Source of the DNA: Thermoplasmatota archaeon
GTDB lineage: Archaea > Thermoplasmatota > Penumbrarchaeia > Penumbrarchaeales > Penumbrarchaeaceae
Assembly (NCBI GenBank): GCA_965234725.1
Contig: CBDDUX010000038.1
Coordinates: 19,323 to 83,322 of the forward strand
DNA: 64,000 bases
Direction: 5' to 3'
Every line of letters begins with the position of its first letter. The first letter of the stretch is position 1. A model generated the notes under the pieces. That model ran no database searches and was not told where the DNA came from. It saw nothing but the letters and a program-made list of their open reading frames with translations. Of this stretch, positions 57,753 through 64,000 are shown one piece after another. A program made the translations under genes and the position numbers.

Positions 57753-58341
57753 TGGTGGACCGGTCGGGACCTTGGCCGCGGGGCAGAGTATTTTGAGAGT
57801 ATCTGCCAGGTCAAGGTGTGACTAAAGGAGTTGTTCTTCAGAATATCATTACCTTTAGTCTACAGACCGGGACACTTTTCCTTTAGTTTTGAAAAGGTTG
57901 AAATTGATATTATACACACAGGACCGGTCGGGACCTTTGAATCGTAGTGATATTATCGTTTATTCAGATTCAAAGGCATCGCCAAAACCTTCGGTTTTGT
58001 CTGTCCCTCGGTTTCCCTACACTCAACCTCGGGAGCCAGATGAAAAACGAAAAAATGAGTTGTGATCTTTCAAATCTTTTCAATCATTGAAATTATTTTA
58101 ATAAACACAGGTGGACCGGTCGGGAGGGGTCTTATCGTAGTATTATTGTCGATTTTCAAGATAAGACCCCTCAGATGAAAAACGGTCATCATTAATATAT
58201 CATCATTTTTCATCGCGTATAATCAATATGTAGCAATGGTTTTCGTAGAAATTTGGAATTGACGATAGAAAACCATTGCGGAATAGGTCCACTCTCCGTT
58301 AATAATTAGAAAATAATTAGAGGAGAGTGGACCGGTCGGGA
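57753..58341. repeat. Structured repeat cluster 2: hairpin modules delimited by tRNA 3'-end fragments at 57753-57769, 57921-57933, 58110-58125 and 58328-58341
   Basis: The first copy is the reverse complement of TCCCGACCGGTCCACCA, including CCA. Module 58126-58327 is homologous to 54306-54506; 57770-57920 is homologous to 54577-54670 and 54184-54292. Confidence 0.9.
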
Positions 58342-58612
58342 TCAATACCATTTAAGGTTTTGACCACTTTTTTTTATTTCCTTTAAAAACTCGTATTTAC
58401 AAATAGTTTTTACCTTTAAATATTGATATATTTTAGATATAATTTAAATTAATATTTCATTCTACATGTCAATTCTTGGGAGTAAAGTAGATATCCCCTT
58501 GTTGATGACAATAATATATCTTGACCGGTTTCAAATATCAATGTGATGTAAGTGATATGTGTACAATAGCTTTTTATAATCGGTTAGAGATATAAATTTC
58601 AATTAGAAGGAG

Positions 58613-61600
58613 GTGTTCATCCTGAGAGGAAAAGAAGTGTATATAGTATTTGTTACAGTCCTGTTTCTGACCTCTGGCTTGTCTTTCTTGATGCAAGGAG
58701 AAGTTGATTCATTTGAAGATACCCTCTACAAAAATGTGAAAGGTCTTCATCTTAATCTGGATCTGATATCTGATTATTCTAAGGAATATGATTTGAAATC
58801 TGAAAACAATATACGGACAATATCATTCAATAAGAATAATCATGAAAAAGGTATTTTCTCAATTGAGGTTGATGATTTAAAGTTAAATGTTGAATCATTT
58901 ATCCTTTGTGAAGAAAATGGAATAGAAGAATATAAAGAGAAATCTAATGACAAAAATGCCTTAAATGGTTTTCCAAATGAAAATAAAATTAAGTACACCA
59001 GCGAGAATAATTATGAAATCAATTATGATGTTACTGTAAATGGGATAAAGGAAACTCTTGTATTGTATTCATATCCCGATAATATTACATCTGATTTAAT
59101 TCTCCGGTCGAAGATCTGGACGAACTCTTTTGTCAAAACTAACAATAATAATGGTAGTTATAATATTCCTGAAAAGGATATCAAATTCTTTTTCAATGAC
59201 TTCATGGAAAAAGAAATATTTTCAATATCAAAACCTTTCCTTTTATCATCACCTGAATCTATAATGACTGAAAATGGGAAGCTGGAAATGCAGGATACCA
59301 TTAAAAGGATGCCACTAGAACATAGATATCATTATGATAAACATTACATTTACCATGATATTATAATACCAAAGGATGTTGTCTATTCCGATATCAAGTA
59401 TCCATTATATGTCGATCCCTCTATCACTACATTCAGTGGAATAACGACGTATGAAGGTTATGTTAATGGTTCGATTTCACAAACAATTGACGGTGATACA
59501 ACATGGTATTATGATTGTTCAAGGACAATTCTACTTGATAGTAGTATAACAATTGGTGTTGATGAAGTTCTAACTTTCAAAAATATAAGAGTGAAAGCTA
59601 ATGATAATGATATGGCTATAAATGTTGATTATGGGGGAACCTTAAATATTATTGATAATTCAGTTTTAACAGCTAACTATGATTATTACGAGTATACAGT
59701 CATATATAAATATGGAAGTTATGGAAATATCTTGGATAGTGAAGTTAAAAAAGCAAAATTTGGAAATGGGATTGAAATTCGATCATCTAATGTTTGGATT
59801 AATAATTCTCTTATTCATATAAATGGAGATTATGGTGTTTATATTTATCAATCCAATCCTATAGTATCTCATTCAAATATTAATACAAACGATTATGGAG
59901 TATATGTCACAGCATTCTCAAGTCCAACATTAGTTGGAAATGACATTAATATCAACACATATGGTGTTTATTATGAGAGTTCCAATGTGGTTGAAGAATT
60001 TTCCTCTTCAATAAATATTGATCAGTTGGTTGGAACAAAGTACGAAAGTAATTCAGTTCAATGGGATGTCGGGTTGGGAAATTATGCTTTGACTTGCCCT
60101 TCTGTCACGGTAGATTCGACCTATCAAGCAGCATATAATGCAGGACACCTTTACGACGGAATAACTGAGGAAGTATGGTGGAATCAATGGGATAGTTGGT
60201 ATGATTATAATCCACATTGGGCAGTGTTTGATTTTCAAGAACAAAAGACAGTCGATGAATTTATAATTCATCATAGATCAGATTTCCTGACTCAGGATTA
60301 TCTAATTCAAACATGGACAGGCAGTTCTTGGTCAACCCAAGTGAATGTGAATGACAATACTCAACAGATCAGAACTCATACTTTGGGATCAAGTGTGACA
60401 ACTCAAAAGATTAGACTCTACATCACGGATGCGAATCCTTCTGATGGTATGGCAAGAGTACGTGAGTTTGAAATATATGGTGAAACAGACGATTATGAAT
60501 GTCATTACATGATTACAGATCCAATTGAAACACATGGAGATACCATTTTCGGTAACTTAATCTTGGATAAAACCGAACCAGGTGATTCTCAAATACTCGT
60601 TTCTATTCTTGATGGTGTGACTGAAAATGTCATTACTGGATTTGATAGACTCGAATCTGATGAAATTGACCTGAAATGGATCGACACTGAAGATCATCCA
60701 TCCATCAAAATAAAAGCTGAGTTTGAAAAGGTAGATACTGACACTCCAACCCTGAACGGGTATGACCTCTATTTCAGTCCGTTGAAAGATTATCTATCCG
60801 ATTTTGAATCAGATGACGAGTTTTCTTCAATGAATTATTTAGAAACAAGAAACGGTCAGGCAACTCTAGAGTTGGAAGAAGAAATCCTTGATGAGGAATG
60901 GAGCACTGGTTGGGATTCAAGATGGACGGTTGAGACCTTTGAAGACGGTGGAGATGTGTATGTCTCAACTGACTATTGGGAGGATTCTGGTAATGACCTC
61001 TATATGCATGGAAAATCACTTTCATCTACTTCAGGTCATAATGGTCATGTCCAGGTTTCTAAAAACTTCGGTGAGATTGATCCTGGTGACACTATTCAAA
61101 CTCATTTTGAGGGGAGTATCCACCGGTATGATTATAATGAAGCCGATTTCGAGATTTATCTCTATAACTCTGGAATGACCTCATTTAAGAAGATCAGATG
61201 GACAACAAATAATAATACGTATGATCCGGGAATTAGTGGTGATACTTATTACATCATCGCTCAGGATACTCATCCGTTTGCTCCTTACTTTTATGATGTT
61301 GTCATCCATTCTACCATTGAAAATCTCTTTGAGAAATACTTTGGAGAGGAACAGGTAGACTTCGAAACGTATAACGTTTTGTATGTGAAATCATTCGCAA
61401 TAGAACAATACAATCATCATGAAAATCCAAAGGTGTACATTGATTATTTCATTGTATCAGACATCGCAAAATCAGGTTCTGCAATTTCGACTGTATTTGA
61501 ACTTGAACCTTTGACCAAATGGGCTTTTGTTGCTCTTAACAAAGATGCTTATTATAACACAGATGTGAAGGTAAGTATTCTCAATGGTTATGGTGAATCA

Positions 61601-64000
61601 ATAGAGGGATACACAGAACTATCTGATGAAGTGATTGATATATCAAATCTAAATTATTTTGGTATAGAGTCAATCCGTGTGAAATATGATTTGATCTATA
61701 GCGAAGAACCTCCTGCCATTAACTGGATGAAAGTTCTGATGTCTCCCATATTCGATGATAATATAATTGATAACAATGAATATGGAATAGTCATTTTAAA
61801 TTCTCTTCCGATGGTGAGTAATAATACAATATCCAACTCAACATATTATGGTTTACATATTCAAGAAGATAGAGTTGAAACCAGGACAAATACTGGTATC
61901 AAATTTATTGCAAATGATAATTATTTCTATAATAATCCTGTAGGTGTTGAAGCTGAAATGACCTGTGCCTCATTTTCAGGTAATGAATATCGGAACAATG
62001 ACGTATCGATTGATGTTAAAGATTCTTCTGTCTGGTTTATAAGGGAATTTATATACGGAAATGAAGGAAATATCTGGTTAAATGACAGTTATATTTATTT
62101 CAAACAATGTTTATTCACTGAAGGTCATTTTGATTTGTTTCTTTTGAATTCTGAAGTGATGTTCGATAATCTCACAGGAACAGATAATGACCAAAACAGT
62201 ATTGATCTTAAAAATTCAATAGCGACTTTCCTTGATTCCCGATATTGTGACAGTCTTACAAAATCTCTTGATGCAACATCTGAGATCTATCATAACTGGA
62301 GGTTCAGTCTTTATGTGAATGATGATGGTTATCCGAATGTGAAAAACATTGATGTCTATGATAGAAATGAAGTTTCTGTATTATCTGTTCAAACAGATGA
62401 TAACGGGTATTATGAAGGATCACTTCCTGAAAAAGTGATTGATAACGTTGGGGAAGATATACTATCTCCGTTGAATGTAAAAGTAAATACAAATTACAAC
62501 AATTTTTATCTGAATATGAAATCCCCTCAACATCATTCCATCATCTTCGGGTATGATTCAGATGGTGACAGTATTGCTGATCTGGATGAGAAAGAGGAAG
62601 GAAAATACCTTTTTGAAGCTGAAGATTTCGTAGGATTGGATAAGCAGAATAACACAGGAGCCTTCCAGGTTATATCTCTTGATGATTCCAATATCGTTCC
62701 CATTGACATTGATTTAACCGAATCAGATGTTGGTGATTACAAATATTCTATTGCAGTTAAGGCTCATTATTTTGATGGATCATCAGATCAAAGTTTTCAG
62801 GTTGTTCTATCACAAGGTGTATCAGGTGGCTTGGATGAATCTTTTGAAGTGGATTCAGTCAGTAGATGGTACCAGACTCCATGGTTTATAGCCACAGATG
62901 ACAATATTATTGGTGAAATCATCGACCTGGGAGGGGGTGAAGAAGTTGAAGTTGATAAGTTCATGTGCTTAAAAAGGTATAATGATCCTCTTGAAAATCC
63001 ACCGGTTATCAATTCTCCATTGATATCTGACATTGATGAAGATGATCTTCCCGATGGGTATGAAACCACACCATTTGGTTGTTATATTGAAGCAGAACAT
63101 ACTACGTTAGCCAATGGTGATATCGAAGAATCCATTGACGCAATAAATTCAAAATATGTTGAAAATACTAATAATAACGATCCCACCTTGTCATTTTCTC
63201 TTGTTGTTGATGAAACCACAGATTATTATGTTTACGTAAGAGCAATTGATATCAGTTGTGATGATCCGCATTTCTCTGTAGATATCGGAGGTATTTCAAA
63301 GAATTCTCCCGAACTGGATGAAGAATTCAACTGGTATCCTTTTACATTTTCTTTAACCCAAGGAACGAAAACAGTTAATATTCGTGCATATGATGCAGAA
63401 ACAATAATCGGGATTGACCGTATTATTATTATTAAGGTCAGTGACGTTGAAATATCTACGGCTGAATCAGAAAATATTGAAATCCCGATATGGGCTAATA
63501 TAAGACAAGCCAATTTCGATTATATCGTTGGCTATGGAAGTTCCTCCACTATTTACGATAATCATATGCAGTCCAACTTGGAGTTTGATATAGATAATAA
63601 CCTGACAGTTTTCTCGTCAAATGATAATATTTATGCTTACAATGATACAAATGATCTTCTCTATGAGATTGAAACGGGAGGGGAGATCGATTCCGAAAAA
63701 CCTAGCATAAGTCGAGGTGAGGTTGTTTACCAGGATGATTCAGGAAATATTTATTATTCCGATATTAGGAAAGGACCATCGAATATTGATACCGAACTGA
63801 TTTCGTATTATGATGAAACTAACTATTATGGCAATACTCCAAAAATCTCTGATGGAACAGTCGTGTGGTCATATAACAATCAGTTAGTTGCTAGATTAAC
63901 AGATAGCTGGCATTTGATCCCCATACAAGATGAATCAAATTACCAGATAAAACAGCTTTATGATGTTAGTGGTAGAACAGTAGCATGGGTGTCCATTTAT
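58613..64000 (+). CDS. Giant secreted multidomain protein, 3' end beyond the window: beta-helix repeats, F5/8 discoidin, Ca-binding and CBM-like domains
   Basis: The frame is open in every segment I translated and at the window end (...DVSGRTVAWVSIY); its absence from the ORF track fits the lack of a stop. It has a signal-like N-terminus, N..YGVY beta-helix repeats, PHWAVFDF...KIRLYI...VREFEIYG, DSDGD and FEAED/IEAEH. AT-rich. Confidence 0.85.
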   Translation, partial: MFILRGKEVYIVFVTVLFLTSGLSFLMQGEVDSFEDTLYKNVKGLHLNLDLISDYSKEYDLKSENNIRTISFNKNNHEKGIFSIEVDDLKLNVESFILCEENGIEEYKEKSNDKNALNGFPNENKIKYTSENNYEINYDVTVNGIKETLVLYSYPDNITSDLILRSKIWTNSFVKTNNNNGSYNIPEKDIKFFFNDFMEKEIFSISKPFLLSSPESIMTENGKLEMQDTIKRMPLEHRYHYDKHYIYHDIIIPKDVVYSDIKYPLYVDPSITTFSGITTYEGYVNGSISQTIDGDTTWYYDCSRTILLDSSITIGVDEVLTFKNIRVKANDNDMAINVDYGGTLNIIDNSVLTANYDYYEYTVIYKYGSYGNILDSEVKKAKFGNGIEIRSSNVWINNSLIHINGDYGVYIYQSNPIVSHSNINTNDYGVYVTAFSSPTLVGNDININTYGVYYESSNVVEEFSSSINIDQLVGTKYESNSVQWDVGLGNYALTCPSVTVDSTYQAAYNAGHLYDGITEEVWWNQWDSWYDYNPHWAVFDFQEQKTVDEFIIHHRSDFLTQDYLIQTWTGSSWSTQVNVNDNTQQIRTHTLGSSVTTQKIRLYITDANPSDGMARVREFEIYGETDDYECHYMITDPIETHGDTIFGNLILDKTEPGDSQILVSILDGVTENVITGFDRLESDEIDLKWIDTEDHPSIKIKAEFEKVDTDTPTLNGYDLYFSPLKDYLSDFESDDEFSSMNYLETRNGQATLELEEEILDEEWSTGWDSRWTVETFEDGGDVYVSTDYWEDSGNDLYMHGKSLSSTSGHNGHVQVSKNFGEIDPGDTIQTHFEGSIHRYDYNEADFEIYLYNSGMTSFKKIRWTTNNNTYDPGISGDTYYIIAQDTHPFAPYFYDVVIHSTIENLFEKYFGEEQVDFETYNVLYVKSFAIEQYNHHENPKVYIDYFIVSDIAKSGSAISTVFELEPLTKWAFVALNKDAYYNTDVKVSILNGYGESIEGYTELSDEVIDISNLNYFGIESIRVKYDLIYSEEPPAINWMKVLMSPIFDDNIIDNNEYGIVILNSLPMVSNNTISNSTYYGLHIQEDRVETRTNTGIKFIANDNYFYNNPVGVEAEMTCASFSGNEYRNNDVSIDVKDSSVWFIREFIYGNEGNIWLNDSYIYFKQCLFTEGHFDLFLLNSEVMFDNLTGTDNDQNSIDLKNSIATFLDSRYCDSLTKSLDATSEIYHNWRFSLYVNDDGYPNVKNIDVYDRNEVSVLSVQTDDNGYYEGSLPEKVIDNVGEDILSPLNVKVNTNYNNFYLNMKSPQHHSIIFGYDSDGDSIADLDEKEEGKYLFEAEDFVGLDKQNNTGAFQVISLDDSNIVPIDIDLTESDVGDYKYSIAVKAHYFDGSSDQSFQVVLSQGVSGGLDESFEVDSVSRWYQTPWFIATDDNIIGEIIDLGGGEEVEVDKFMCLKRYNDPLENPPVINSPLISDIDEDDLPDGYETTPFGCYIEAEHTTLANGDIEESIDAINSKYVENTNNNDPTLSFSLVVDETTDYYVYVRAIDISCDDPHFSVDIGGISKNSPELDEEFNWYPFTFSLTQGTKTVNIRAYDAETIIGIDRIIIIKVSDVEISTAESENIEIPIWANIRQANFDYIVGYGSSSTIYDNHMQSNLEFDIDNNLTVFSSNDNIYAYNDTNDLLYEIETGGEIDSEKPSISRGEVVYQDDSGNIYYSDIRKGPSNIDTELISYYDETNYYGNTPKISDGTVVWSYNNQLVARLTDSWHLIPIQDESNYQIKQLYDVSGRTVAWVSIY

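Noticed and set aside
54293-58341. Canonical CRISPR array, or intact tRNA genes at the GGACCGGTCGGGA repeats
   Set aside because: The repeats are 13-21 bp and the spacers are ~150-200 bp reused modules. No D or anticodon arm accompanies any copy.
54184-58341. Integron attC cassette array
   Set aside because: No consistent RYYYAAC/GTTRRRY ends and no integron integrase in the window.
58432-58459. Xer dif-like site (TTTAGATATAA...); also a similar palindrome at ~57720-57746
   Set aside because: The right arm is poor in the first case and the spacer is 5 bp in the second; both could be chance matches in AT-rich DNA.
60053-63513. Short ORFs listed in the AT-rich end region
   Set aside because: All lie within the long plus-strand frame starting at ~58613.

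Overview
This is archaeal chromosomal DNA, most likely Thermoplasmatota, judged from gene content and order (Zn-ribbon/EF-1beta, Lsm/rpl37e, archaeal AspRS, TgtA, AMP phosphorylase/R15P isomerase, gingipain-like C25 protease, many PKD/CARDB surface proteins). Positions 1-54.1 kb are mostly core and surface-protein genes. They include tRNA-Asn(GTT), a divergent FtsZ/tubulin-like GTPase, an OB-fold + TctA-like pair, a ChlI-like ATPase/vWA pair, and a 1420-aa protein with seven Met/His DOMON domains fused to a cytochrome b561 domain. From ~54.2 kb there is an accessory region with seven copies of a 13-21 bp tRNA 3'-end fragment (minus strand TCCCGACCGGTCCA, tRNA-Ala-like). These copies delimit 164-216 bp non-coding modules built of hairpins with 9-12 bp stems and 22-24 nt loops, with compensatory base changes between copies. 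The same region holds a 3-kb cassette with a probable Cas1/casposase C-terminal remnant, followed by an AT-rich giant surface-protein gene that runs off the window. A related hairpin module at 21.1-21.35 kb sits between perfect 48-bp direct repeats. All family assignments come from motif recognition by eye; no searches were run.
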